Assembly: GCA_951406725.2 (NCBI GenBank)
Contig: OX597816.1
Span: forward strand, 132,928,001 to 132,992,000
Source: Octopus vulgaris
Lineage: Eukaryota
Reading direction: 5' to 3'
DNA length: 64,000 bases
Shown one piece after another: positions 14,836 to 28,341 of this stretch. Below the pieces are notes generated by a model. It saw only the letters and a list, made by a program, of their open reading frames with translations. It was not told the DNA's origin and did no database searches. Every line of letters begins with the position of its first letter. The first letter of the stretch is position 1. Position numbers and translations under genes: made by a program.

Positions 14836-15291
14836 TCTTACATGATCAGGTCATTGGGAAGTAAACCAGTACCCACACCAGATTGGCCTAGTGAGGAGGA
14901 TTGGTTGAAATCAAACTAAATAAAGCATGGCCAGTGCAAAAAAGGACGAATTGAACTCGCTGTAAGGACGAGGATTGTCCAGCAATTGTGTGCAACATTT
15001 TAGGAATATTAGTGATGAAGAATAATAGCCCTTTATGAGCACAAAATAACCCATTTTGCCCTGTGTAAAACCACTGGGTGAGTGTAAATCTATCACCACT
15101 ACCACCACCACCAACATCATCGTCACCACCACACCACCACCTCCAATACCCCCAATACTACCACCACCACCACCTCCATCCTCCTCCTCCTCACCATCAT
15201 CCCCATCATCACCATCATCATCGTCGTCGTCGTCGTCATCATCATCATCACCCCACCACCTCCATCTATTCTCCTCCTCCTCCTCCTCCTC

Positions 15292-15323
<32 letters not shown>

Positions 15324-16441
15324 CATTGTCATCATCGTCATCATATTCATCGTCATCATCATCGTCCTCGTCATCATCATCATCATCATCACCATTTTAA
15401 TGTCCACTTTTCCATGTTTGCATGCACGGGTCAGATAATTTGTTGAGGCAGATTTTTCAAAGGCTGATGTGACCACCACCACACTGCTAATACTACTCAA
15501 CCAACACCACCATCAACATCCTCATGACTAGCATAACATCAAGAATGGTTTCAAATTTTGGCACAAGGCCGGCAATTTTGGGAGAGCTAGGTAAGTCAAT
15601 TATATCAATTCAAGTACTTGGCTGGTACTTTTTAATGACTCCAAATAAATGAAAGGAAAGTTGATCTGGCAAAATTTGAACTCAGAAGAGCTAAGAAAAA
15701 TACTGCTCACCAGCACTATAATGCGTAGCATTCTGTGTGGTCTTTTGATTTATTAGAAATAGCAGCCAAATCCCTTCAGATTATATGTTATTTCAAAATA
15801 TAAGAAAAAATGAAGGTCACATTGGACAATATAGACATATACACTTTTATCACTAGTCTGTTTAATATGGATTGAAGTGGAGCTAAACTGTCACCGTCAC
15901 CACAACCACCACCACCACCACCACCACCGCCATGACAGCAACACCACATGATCACTTGCACCAGCAGCACCAGCAGCATCAGCAGCAGCAACACTAGCAC
16001 CACCACCACCACCACCATGACCATAATACCTCATGATTGCTTGCAGGAGCAGCAGCAGCAGCAACAGCAGAGAGGTCAACAGCAGCAGCAGAGGCAGCTG
16101 TAGCACCACCACCACTGCCACCACTGTCACCATCAACACCATCAATACCATCATCACCGCTATGGCCAGTGCTAACATTTCCAACACACATTTAAAATCG
16201 AATTCTATGTGAATCCCATAGCAGTATGAAAGCAAGTGTTGCAGTCAGAGGATGGTTGTGTGTGTAATTAGAGCCAAGTGACTGTCTCAGCTGATTGTGA
16301 TGGACATGACAATTAGTTGAGGAATAATTATTTTGATTACTGGAATACATTATCAAACGTACAGCAACAGATAATCCATTTATGGGATTTTAAACCAGAT
16401 ACTATGTATATATGTGTATTTGTATGTATGAGTGAGTGTAA

Positions 16442-16479
<38 letters not shown>

Positions 16480-16639
16480 GCACACACACACACACAAACA
16501 CACACATATATGTATATACACATATGCACACATGCACACACGCACACACACATGCATATGTACATGCATGTGTACAGATATACTTATACCACACATAAGC
16601 ATCCATCCATCCATCCATCTATGTATCTATGTATCTATG

Positions 16640-16689
<50 letters not shown>

Positions 16690-16734
16690 GCTAGCTAGCT
16701 AGCTATCTATCTATCTATTCTCTCTCTGTCTCTG

Positions 16735-16805
<71 letters not shown>

Positions 16806-16937
16806 CATACATATGTAATGTAATGTAATATGTATGTGATATAACTTTTCTGAATCTTCAAATTTTTCACTTTACTTGACCACTGGTTTTAAATTGATAT
16901 TAATTAAATTAATATTCAAATTTTCACCTTTATTATT

Positions 16938-16975
<38 letters not shown>

Positions 16976-17086
16976 CATACATACACACTCACATACATGA
17001 ATATATGTTTCATATAAGTGTGTATATATATGCATATACATATACATATATATATATATATATACATAAATATATATATATATATA

Positions 17087-17160
17087 CTTTATTTAAAGCA
17101 GCAGAAAATTCAACAAAACCTGTAACAGGTTTTGTTAAATTTCTGCTGCTTTAAATAAAG
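17087..17160. repeat. Near-perfect palindrome (about 36-bp arms) heading a short repeat fragment between (TA)n tracts
   Basis: ctttatttaaagcagcagaaaattcaacaaaacctgt-a-acaggttttgttaaatttctgctgctttaaataaag. Confidence 0.85.
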
Positions 17161-17227
17161 CATTACTCTACCACTAGTATTTGAGTACTCTTTTTTCCAC
17201 CTTGTTTCACATTTATGTGTTTACTCC

Positions 17228-17273
<46 letters not shown>

Positions 17274-17431
17274 TATATAAACATATATGTCTATGTACAT
17301 TATACAAACACATATAGAATGTGTGCATGTGTATGTCTGTAAACATATATATATATACAGATAAATTTCTCTATTTACATAATATCGAGGTCTCTTTCTT
17401 TTATTGTCTTACCATTTCTATCAATATATAC

Positions 17432-17465
<34 letters not shown>

Positions 17466-17645
17466 TTATAGACATATTCCTGGTGTCTTCATGTTGCCAG
17501 ACATTGAAATAGTAGTAGCAGTGATGATTAGGTAATTGTACTGGTGGTTGCAGAGGTGGTTGCAGGGCTTATGAAGGTGGCAATAGAGATATGAACAATA
17601 TACTAGTTACAAGACTGCCTCAATCAATATTCAATGGTGCTTTCT

Positions 17646-17710
17646 CTAAGTCTCTATATTATTTTATATAAGAATGCCATATTAATATGGCGATAACAAT
17701 TAATTTTATG

Positions 17711-17747
<37 letters not shown>

Positions 17748-18049
17748 ATGTATATGACCCCTTCATGTTTGTTTTCGTTCAGTTTCCTTGTATGTCTTCA
17801 CTGTCATTTTTTTGTTCCCAACTTTGACCTTCCATAAATCCTAAACTTTATTTTAGAATTTATGGGAGCAATGCTTTTGAAGACTCATATTGTCATTGAA
17901 TGCTCGAAATGAGGAGTAGATAGACAGCCAACAACTGATGAAGAGTCTTTTCTGTGGTTAACATATTTCACTCATTTTCCCCTTGTTTGTTTATGTTTTT
18001 CATGTTATTTGCACCTTTGGGGACATCCTGTACCCATATATGCATATAC

Positions 18050-18104
<55 letters not shown>

Positions 18105-18118
18105 CATTTATTATTTAC

Positions 18119-18155
<37 letters not shown>

Positions 18156-18539
18156 ATGTATGAATGAATGTATCTGTATATGTTAGTATGCATATGTATT
18201 AGTGCATGTATGCATTGGAAAACACAGGCATATATATGTGGCCAATGCCAGCGCCGCCTTGACTGGCTTCCGTGCCGGTGGCACGTTAAAAGTACCAACC
18301 GATCGTGGCCGATGCCGGACTCCCCTGGCACCTGTGCTGGTGGCATGTAAAAAGCCCCCACTACACTCGCGGAGTGGTTGGCGTTAGGAAGGGCATCCAG
18401 CTGTAGAAACACTGCCAGATCAGACTGAAGCCTGGTGCAGCCCCTGGCTTCCCAGACCCCGGTCGAACTGTCCAACCCGTGCTAGCGCAGAAAACGGACG
18501 TTAGACGATGATGATGATGATGATAATATATATATATAC

Positions 18540-18589
<50 letters not shown>

Positions 18590-18685
18590 TATATATAATA
18601 GAAATATTAAAATTACTAAGTCTCTATATTATTCTTATATCTATAAGAATGCCATATTAATATGGCGATAACAATTAATTTTATG

Positions 18686-18722
<37 letters not shown>

Positions 18723-19056
18723 ATGTATATGACCCCTTCATGTTCGTTTTCGTTCAGTTTCCTTGTATGTCTTCACTGTCATTTTTTGTTCCCAGCTTTG
18801 ACCTTCCATAAATCCTGAACTTTATTTTATAATTTATGGGAGCAATGCTTTTGAAGACTCATATTGTCATTGAATGCTCGAAATGAGGAGTAGATAGACA
18901 GCCAACAACTGATGAAGAGTCCTTTCTTTGTGTTTACTGTCCTATTTTCCATTTTTTTTTGTTGTTTACATATTTCACTCATTTTCCCCTTGTTTGTTTA
19001 TGTTTTTCATGTTATTTGCACATTTGGGGACATCCTGTACCCATATATGCATATAC

Positions 19057-19060
<4 letters not shown>
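17646..19060 (+). repeat. Direct duplication of an about 420-bp pLTR-like unit (17646-18060 and 18616-19060) separated by an RTE-tail copy
   Basis: Near-identical blocks from ctaagtctctatat to tacccatatatgcatatacg, each ending in (TA)n. Confidence 0.85.
18240..18525 (+). mobile_element. RTE 3'-tail fragment or RTE-mobilised short element
   Basis: ggcgttaggaagggcatccagctgtagaaac...ggacgttagacgatgatgatg, the same tail as the LINE at 55459-58061; further copies at 46930-47147 and 58520-58768 (minus). Confidence 0.8.
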
Positions 19061-19134
<74 letters not shown>

Positions 19135-19138
<4 letters not shown>

Positions 19139-19690
19139 GGTGCAGTGAATGAACTGTCATATAAATTATGCAAAAATGAAAATAACACTGACATCTCATT
19201 TTAACACGTGTATTTACCAAAGTCTATGTAAAAATCTCCTGCAGCGCTTCTGGACAGGCTTCTTGTTTAAGTTTGTGAATGTTACCATAATCCTTGCCTT
19301 CAATTAATCTTTGGTGTTACAAGGAGTTTTGCTGGTCTTTCACTGAACTGCACCCCATGCATGATAATCAAGGGGGTTGCAGTCTGGGGAGTTAGGTGGC
19401 CAGATGTCAGGGGTGATGTAGTTACAGAAATTGTCTGACAACCAAGGCTGGGTTCTCCTGCTTGTGTAGCATGGTGCAGAGTCCTGATGACACCCTCTTG
19501 ACCCAGGGCAGTGCTCCTCCTCCAGGCACTTGATGTAGGCTCTGTGTTGAGTCTGATGCCATGTGGGAAGATGAATGGCAGCATAATTTCACCATCACTA
19601 GTGATCACTCCAAATATCATGTTGTTAACTGGATGTTTAATTTTTATCACTCTCAGTAGATGTCCTCAGATTGAGCTGTCCTTAGATTAA
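19135..19690 (-). mobile_element. Tc1/mariner transposase remnant, DD37D (maT)-like
   Basis: KHPVNNMIFGVITSDGEIMLPFIFPHGIRLN and, in another frame, WPPNSPDCNPLDY; combined with the 21530 copy, the QQD-to-PLD spacing is 37 aa. Confidence 0.75.
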
Positions 19691-19944
19691 CACACAAATA
19701 CTCTGAAATGTCCATATTGGAGTTTCAGGTGTGAGTGCCAAGCAGTACAGCATATTGTTTCCAAATTTCTGGCAGAGTGAACTGTGCCATGGTGCTGTTT
19801 TTCTCACAGATGGTGCCCAATTGACCCTACTATAGCATGTAGCTGACAAAATCAAATACAAACTGTGCATATGCATGAAATAAAAAATATAAAATGATGA
19901 CAATTTACCCATCACACCCTGTATATATATATATGTATATATAT

Positions 19945-20094
19945 ATAGTTTTGTGGGAGAAGCTCATAATAAATAATGCCTTTATGATACCACCAAACAC
20001 AAAGCATAACTTTTTGGGCATGGATGTTTGTCTTTGTTTGCTGTTTTGGGTGATCCTTACGCAAACTCCATGATCTATTTTTAGTCAGGTACAA
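19945..20094 (-). mobile_element. mariner transposase fragment
   Basis: IHAQKVMLCVWWYHKGIIYYELLP is a typical mariner catalytic-domain segment. Confidence 0.8.
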
Positions 20095-20410
20095 AGAAGA
20101 GATGCACTACCACTTCAAGCAATGCCAAAGTTTTAACTGTGTTATGTTTCAGGTGTATTCAATGAAGCATTTACATACACACACACACACACACACACAC
20201 ATACATCAAGGATGAGTTTTATAGGGATATATCATCCTGGCAGTTACTGTGTTTCCTCTTAACTCAGTTTTAGATGCTGCTAACTGCAACAGTTCTTATG
20301 TGGTATCCAAGCTAACAATAAATTGTTAGGCTCTGGTAACTTCTTTCGCTGAGTGAATCTGAGTGTGCTATTCTGGATTGCATATCTCTGTAGAGTAAGT
20401 GATTGTATTA

Positions 20411-20489
<79 letters not shown>

Positions 20490-20493
<4 letters not shown>

Positions 20494-20860
20494 GAGAACA
20501 GAGATTTTTCACATCCGTAATTTTATTTAACAGTTATTTACAACATCTTTTTGGGACCTATATGTGTTCCAACTGCAGTGACTGCACAGTGTTGGATAGG
20601 CAACCTAGCATCATGGCCAGTGTAGTTTTATGTGGGTTCTCACTCTCTGCTATTTTGAAGTAATATTGAAGGAATCAATAAATTAAATGAATAAACTGCT
20701 TCATGTGAGGCAGGGGTGCTACTATTAATAGCTGTAGGAATCTTGACCTAGGTCAAGACTCCTACAACTATAAATAGTAGCACCCATGCCTCACACCCAA
20801 AAAGATGTGAATAACTGTTAAATAAAATTATGGATGTGAAAAATCTCCATTCTTCTTATC
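20490..20860. repeat. Nested inverted repeat: outer arms 20490-20554 / 20796-20860, inner spacerless palindrome 20704-20795
   Basis: Direct reverse-complement comparison; inner arms 46 bp with 4 mismatches, centred on gacct|aggtc. Confidence 0.85.
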
Positions 20861-20915
20861 ATTATTTATTATATATATATATATATATATGGATATATAT
20901 ATGTGCATGTGTATA

Positions 20916-20949
<34 letters not shown>

Positions 20950-21182
20950 TTTTATATATTTTTTTTTTAATATATATATGTAGTGTGGAAGCAGTGTTAT
21001 AAGCATTTACAGATTAGATTCACTTTTCATTTATATTTAATTTGTCAAAATATTTCCGCACTTTGGCCGACCTGTTCACTGACAAAATTTGTGCTGCATT
21101 CTGTATAATGCTGCATCTCTCAGAGATGACATTCATACAATATTATATGCATACATGTATTTTATATATATATACATTTATA

Positions 21183-21227
<45 letters not shown>

Positions 21228-21241
21228 TGTATATATATATG

Positions 21242-21292
<51 letters not shown>

Positions 21293-21529
21293 TACATATA
21301 TATATATACATAAAGTGACTAGTATTGCTAGAAATACGAGTTAAGGATCAACCAAAGAAGCACCTTATCTTAATGACTGACAAGAAAGCAAGCTCCTATA
21401 CCTAGAATAGCCAGATCACAGTGATTTGCATCTATATTAATGTTCTTCAGTGACTCTCACCTAGCATTTAGAGTTAAAATCAACTCACCTTGTCAGTTTA
21501 GAATATTATTGTGAAAATGCTGATTTCTG

Positions 21530-22140
21530 TATACAGTGTGTAAATTAACTGTCATCCAAATTGTAGAAAATGAAAATAACACTGACATCTCATTTTAACT
21601 GATATACTTACCAGAATTACATAAAGATATCTTGAAATACTAAAGAGCAAATTATTCAATCAAATCACCATTGGCTTCAACTATAGCCTCCAGAGGACTT
21701 CAGAATGGTCTCCTTGTCTAAGTTGGTGAATGCTCCATAATCTGACTTCAGTTTATCTTTGGTTACAAGGAGTTTGCTGGTCTATTGCTCAACTGTACAC
21801 AACTCATAATAATCAAGGGATTTGCAGTCTGGGAGTTAGGTGGCAGATGTCAGGTGTATGTGTTGCAGAAATTGTCTGACAGCCATGACTGGGTTCTCCT
21901 GCTTGTGTGGCCTGGTGCAGAGTCCTGTTGCCAGAGACCTGTTGACACCCTCTTGACCCAGGGTAGCATTCCTCTTAGGCTCTGATATGGCTCTGTGTTG
22001 AGTCTGAAACCATGTGAGAAGATGAATGGAGGCATAATGTCCATCATTAGTGATCACTCCAAACACCATGATATTGACTGATGTTTGATTTTATCACTCT
22101 CGATACATGTCTTCAGGTTGCACTCTCCTTAGATTGACAC
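21530..22140 (-). mobile_element. Second copy of the DD37D-like transposase remnant
   Basis: MVFGVITNDG, MPPFIFSHGFRLN, WQQDSAPGHTSRRTQSWL; shares the end sequence aaaatgaaaataacactgacatctcattttaac with 19135. Confidence 0.75.
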
Positions 22141-22184
22141 CCAATTTATTAACCCATTGGTTAATAAATTCCTATTCCGTTGAA

Positions 22185-23110
22185 ACCATAGTCTTTGTCA
22201 TGTGTTTTGTAGCAGAAGCTTGGACAAATATTTTCTACTGTAATCTTGGACATGCATCTACCTTTGCCTTGGAATGTATTTTCTACCATAGTTTCGTATG
22301 CCTTAGCCTTGTATGCCTTTTATATAACTTTGGACATGTGTCTTGTACCTAACCATGGACATGTGTCATCGACCACATGTATGTTTTTACTTATCTTTGA
22401 AGAATATATTAATAAAAGGAATAACTTTGGTCATATATCTTCTACCATGACCTTGGACATGTATTGTATCTTCTACCATAACCTAGGTCATATGCCTTTC
22501 ACAATAGTCTTGGTTGTGTTTTCTACCATATCCTTGGCTATATGTCTTCAATCATAACCTTAAACAAGTGTCCTTTCCCATGGCCACAGAATTTGTTTTT
22601 AACCACAGCCTTTGACACGTGTCTTCTTCCATAATCTTGTAATGTGACTTCTATCATAGTCTTGGACACACGGTGGAGGTGGGTAGTTTAGTGGTTAAGG
22701 TATTAGACCCTTGACTGTAAGATTTTGCTTTCAATTCCTAGACCAGGGAAGCACTGTGTTCTTGAGCAAAACACTTCATTTTACATTGCACCAGTTCACT
22801 CAGCTGGCAAAATGGATATTCCTACAACAGACTGGAATCTCATCCAGAGGCAGGAAACTGGCCCTATAATTCTATATGACTCAAGGAAAGAACTTTATCT
22901 TTCCATCTTTGGATACATGTCTAAGTTCATACAGCAGACACATGACCAAGATTTTAGTAGAAAGCATGATCAAACTATTGTAGAAGACACATATCCAAGG
23001 TTATGGAAGAAAACACAATCAAGATTATGGTAGGAGATATGTTTGAGCTTATGGGAGAAAACACATGTTTAAGGTTATGGTAGAAGACATATTCTAACTT
23101 AATGGTTCAA
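22185..23110. repeat. Degenerate about 27-bp minisatellite (ccataaccttggacatgtgtcttcta), + at 22185-22670 and inverted at 22945-23110, interrupted by a SINE
   Basis: Repeated ccata...cttggacatgtgtcttcta; the right block reads ggtagaagacacat...aaggttatgg. Confidence 0.75.
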
Positions 23111-23339
23111 TGATGACGTATAATGTAAAATTCATTATTTACATGAATTTCCCTGCATGGCATGTTTCTTTGTTATATGTGATATGTACTTTTAGTTCAG
23201 TAGTTCTTAGACTAACAAATATTCTCCCCTGTTTTCAAGTAAGGTAATATTTCCCCTTGGAAAGATATGGTTTTGCAGGATATTGCGAATGAATGAAATT
23301 CATTTACAGCAATCATACAATATCAAAACAAGGAAAGAG

Positions 23340-23568
23340 TGGTGAGCTGGCAGAAACGTTAGCACGTCGGGCAAAATGCTTAGTGGTATTTCGTCTGTCT
23401 TTACATTCTGAGTTCAAATTCCACCGAGGTCGACTTTGCCTTTCATCCTTTTGAGGTTGATAAATTGCGATAAATTACTCGTAAGTACCAGTCTAATTGA
23501 CTGGTATGATCTAATTGACTGGCCCCTTCCCCAAAAATTTCAGGCCTTGTGCCTAGGGCAGAAAAGAA
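23340..23568 (+). mobile_element. tRNA-derived SINE, family B
   Basis: gagctggcagaaacgttagcac...GAGTTCAAATTCC...gactttgcctttcatcc; second copy at 25036-25247. The central motif resembles the Meta-type domain (from memory, unverified). Confidence 0.7.
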
Positions 23569-24566
23569 TATCAAAACAAGGAGATATGAATACATCCCCT
23601 CCCTCTCTCTCTTTTTCTATCTCCCTCTTTCTCTCACACATACACATCTATACATGGCAGGCTTCTCGGTTTCTGTCTACCAAATCCATTCAATGTTTTG
23701 TTTGGTCTGGGACTATAGTAGATGACGTTTGCCAAGGTTTCACATAGTAGGACTGAACTTGAAATCATGTGGCTGGAAAGCAAATTTCTGAACCACACAG
23801 CCACACCTGCACCTATAGCCATGCCTATGTTATCTATAAAGAATTATGAGTGAGTTATCTATGCGATATACTATGTATGAAATATATCATGTGTGAGTTA
23901 CACTGTCATTAAATCTTCATGAAATAGAAGTTGAAAAATATTATGGTGGCGGTAGTGGCTGTGGCAGTGGTGGTGGTAGCAGCGACGGTGGTGACAATGG
24001 TGGTGGTGGTGGTGGCAACAGCAGCAGTGATGGTAGTTGCAGCAGTGGTGATAGTACGGGTGGTGGTAATGGTATGGACATATTTGATAGTTTCAAATAA
24101 ACTGTCTGTCTTTGAACATATTGGTGCATCTGGTGAGTTTCCATGTTGTTATAGTAACAGCAATTCTCTACATCAGAAGCAGTGTGCCAGAGACCTTTTA
24201 AAGTAAAGCAGCCTAGCAACTCACTGAACTGGTGTTGTTAGTAATAGTAATCGACATAATAATGGCATAAGATGATGGCCATGGAATTTACAGAAGGTTA
24301 CTGGTGATTACTGTGGTACTAGTTGTGGTCATGGCCATATTAGTGATGATGACAGTGATGATGACAGTGACAGAGTTAATGCTAATGGTGGTGGTGATGG
24401 TGGTGGTGGTGGTGATGGAAGAGATAGTCATTGCTGTGTTGATGATGTTATTGATGTTGGTCAGAATTACAATGGTAATGGTGGTGATGTACTAGTGGTG
24501 CTTGTGGTTGTATTAGTTGTAGTAGTGGTATTGACAACGATGATGACGATGATAACAACGATAATA

Positions 24567-24598
<32 letters not shown>

Positions 24599-25558
24599 AG
24601 TAATGATGTTGATGGTAGTGGTGGTAGTGATGATGATGGTGATGGTGGCATTAGATGTAGTGATGAGTTTGTTGCTGATGGAAGTGGTGGTAGTGGTGGT
24701 AGTGGTGGCAGCAGCGGCGGTGGTGGTGGTTGTAATGTTGGTGGTAATGACTGCAATGGTTGTGTTACTATTAGTAGTGGTAGTGATGGTAACAGCACAG
24801 TTCTTAATATGGATCTACCCACAAAGAGACACACTCATACAGACTTATATATGCACTTACACACACTCATGCATGTAATTGTCATCATCATAGTTTAACA
24901 TCCACTGTTTCATGCTTGCATGGGCCACACAGAATTTATTGAAGCAAATTTTCAAACTTTTTTTATTGGTTGATGCCTTTCCTGCTGCAAACCCTTACTT
25001 GTTTCTAAGAAAGGTAATATTTCTAATGGTGAAAGGTGGCAAGCTGGTAGAAACATTAGTACACTGGGTGAAATGCTTACCGGTATTTTGTCTGTCTTAA
25101 CATCCTGAGTTCAAATTCCACTGAGGTTGACTTTGCCTTTCATCTTTTCAGGGTCGATAAATTAAATACCAGTTGCATACTGGGGTTGATCTCATCAACT
25201 GGCCCCCTCCCCCAAAATTTCGGGCGTTGTGCTTAGAGTAGAAAAGAATATTTCTAATGGCAAAAAATGTTTCTCACAAATGACATCATTTGTGTATATG
25301 TGAACATGCATATGTGTGTGTGTGTGTGTGAGTGCGTGTGTACATGTGCATATGTGTGCATGTGTGTGTGTATGTTCTTATGATTATGCATCTTTATAAC
25401 AATTCATTGGTATTCTGTTTTTCTCTTGTCTCCCAGTGTTACCTCCTTTGTCTACCAAGACATCTTTCTCTCTCTTTCTCTTTCTCTAAATGTTTGCCAC
25501 CCTACTCAGTATAATCCTCCTCCTTAAACATATGTTTAAATTCTTTTCCTCACCCTCA

Positions 25559-25671
25559 TTAGCTGATCACTTGATTTCAACCTGCTATGGGTTCCTCGGT
25601 GACAGATGTTCAGCTGCTGAACATCTGTCACCAAGGAACCCAAAACAGGATGAAATCAAGTGATCAACTAA
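25559..25671. repeat. Long palindrome, 56-bp arms with a 1-nt centre
   Basis: 5 mismatches in 56 bp; centre ttcagc-t-gctgaa. Confidence 0.9.
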
Positions 25672-25796
25672 GGAAATTTGTTATTCCCTTGCAAATTTTA
25701 TTTCTTATTGCTGCTCTGTCCTCAACTGATGTTTTGCTCTGAAGCATCAGGGACTTCTAACTCCAGATTATTAGTATCACTATGCCTAAATGATAA

Positions 25797-25862
<66 letters not shown>

Positions 25863-25888
25863 GTCAAATAATAATAATTGTCAAACAA

Positions 25889-27581
25889 TTCAGTGATGAC
25901 ATCAGAATGCAATTTGGCCTCGATAAGTGTGCAAAAGCTACCTTTATCAAAGGAAAAATGACAGAAACATCTAACGTTAACCTTGACCAGCAGAATGTCA
26001 TAAAAGAATTAGACCCAGCAGAGAACTACAAGTATTTAGGGGTAATTGAAGGAGAAGGAATAAGACATTCAGAGATGAAGGAAAGGATCAGGAGAGAATG
26101 TTATCGCAGAGTAAGGGCAATACTCAAGACAGAGCTGAATGCGAGAAACAGGATCGAAGCGATCAATGCATTAGCCATACCAGTCGTGACTTACAGTTTC
26201 AATATCGTTAACTGGTCAATTACTGAAATATGTAATCTTGACAGAAAAATACGAAAACTGTTGACAATGCATAGAATGCACCACCCTAAGGCAGATACAG
26301 AACGACTTTATCTGCCAAGAAAAGAGGGAGGCCGTGGACTTTTACAACTGGCAATAACAATGAAGATTGCTACAATTGGCCTAGACACCTACCTGAAAAA
26401 CTCTGAGGACTGGATGTTAAAACTTGTCTCAAAACATGAAAACAAGAAAGCATCATACTCAGTAACAAAACAGGCAAAGGAATATCTAAGTGAATTCCGA
26501 ATACAACAAATTTCGGAATTAGAGATAGACATACAAGAAACAAGCACAGAAAAAGCTAAGCGCATAAAAACCCGTGCTAAATCTGCAGCCTTAGATATTC
26601 TGAATGATAAATGGCAAGAAAACCTCTCTATGGCAAATACCCAAAGAGAGCAAAGAATGCAGATGTTGACAAAGCCCTGATCCATCAATGGCTAATGGCC
26701 TCTGGCTTAAAATCTGAAACAGAGGGGTTTATCATAGCAGCTCAAGATCAATGCCTACCAACAAGAAACTACCAGGCCAACATATTAAAGATCAGAAGCA
26801 GTCCAACGTGTCGTGTATGCCAACAACAAAATGAAACCATTGACTATGTGGTCTCCAAGTGCAATCTTCTAGTGCCTACAGAGTATCTCAACAGACACGA
26901 TAGAGCTGCACAATATATTCACTGGGTAATCTGCAAAAACCTGGATTTGCCCCATGAAAAAACTGGTGGGAACACAAACCACCCCCAGTGCTTGAAAATG
27001 ACCACATCTCACTCCTCTGGAACTTCACCATTCAAACTGACAGAAAGATAGATGCAAATAGGCCAGACATCATATTGAAAGACTTCAAACAAAGAACATG
27101 CCTCCTCATTGATATGACTGTCCCAATCGATATAAACGTATCTGTCAAGACCTACCAAAAACTGAACAAATATAAAGATCTTGAAATAGAAATCAGCAAA
27201 ATGTGGAACCTGAAGACTAAAACAATACCTGTTGTCATAGGTGCCCTGGGAATGATAGCAAAAGGGGCTGATAGCTACCTAACTCAGATACCAGGAAACC
27301 CCAAAATGGCAGAAATTCAAAAGATAGTGCTCATGGGAACTGCTCATATCCTACGCAAAATACTTTCTATGTAATCTCAAGGCTTAAAACAAACATAATT
27401 TACGGTTTAAAAAAAAAATTTTTCTTAATTTTTTTTAGACATTCATTAGTACAACACCCCCACCCAAATATATGGCACACTAGGCATAACAACAATATGA
27501 ACTTCCAACCTGTTGTCTCTTGAGGTCTCTGGGTGAGACTTGGAGCCAACTTGTACAAATATAAAGCAAAAGTCAAACATA

Positions 27582-27583
<2 letters not shown>
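25889..27583 (+). mobile_element. 5'-truncated Dong/R4-clade non-LTR retrotransposon (RT C-terminus, CCHC knuckle, restriction-like endonuclease) in (TAA)n
   Basis: FGLDKCA, YKYLG, RLYLPRKEGGRGL, CRVC-x8-(H>Y)-x4-C, RHD, RPDII...IDMTVP...K..KY; two frameshifts near 26615 and 26960; (TAA)n on both flanks as known for Dong. Confidence 0.92.
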
Positions 27584-27647
<64 letters not shown>

Positions 27648-27665
27648 TAATAATAATAATAATAA

Positions 27666-28216
27666 TGCCCTGATGCAGTACCAGGTAGTGGCTCTCATGG
27701 CTGCTGATCTTAACTGATTGGAAGTGTTATCATGTACATTGTTTTGTCTTGATATAAAAGATGGGCTACAGCAAATATTCTGCTCAATACCACAGATTTG
27801 CTTGTCAGTTATTTGACCATAACCAGTTGCACATGTTCCTTAGTGGCTGACAGTATGCGTATCTCTGATCACAAGCAGAAGTAGTGGGGGAACATCATAG
27901 CCATGTGTTGAGAGGGATTCTTTGGGGTTTGAATAATTCACCTCTGGAAACATGGGTGTTTTGTTCAACATCCTTAACCCTTATTCAGAGACCTTTTGAG
28001 CAGGATGTGTTACTCAACCAGAAGAAAATTCTAACTGGGCCCCACCTGCAAGGTCATGTGCTGCTTATCTTGATATGAGATCACTATGTTGCACACATAT
28101 GGTTGTGATGCATGTGCCTAGTGTACCCTTATCAGATGGGTAGTCATGATAGGTATACTGGGCTTTGTATATTTTACCCCAGTGTCACTTTGATGGCATG
28201 CACTGCTCTCTCACTC
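27666..28216 (+). mobile_element. Non-coding (TAA)n-flanked repeat, with a left-truncated second copy at 28378-28513
   Basis: Both copies end gtcactttgatggcatgcaNtgctctctcac followed by (AAT)n; left truncation suggests retrotransposition. Confidence 0.55.
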
Positions 28217-28271
<55 letters not shown>

Positions 28272-28277
28272 GTAATG

Positions 28278-28341
<64 letters not shown>

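Noticed and set aside
25907-27374. Host protein-coding gene or programmed frameshift across three overlapping ORFs
   Set aside because: The motifs identify a 5'-truncated Dong/R4 retroelement; the shifts fall in A runs and the CCHC His is mutated, consistent with decay.
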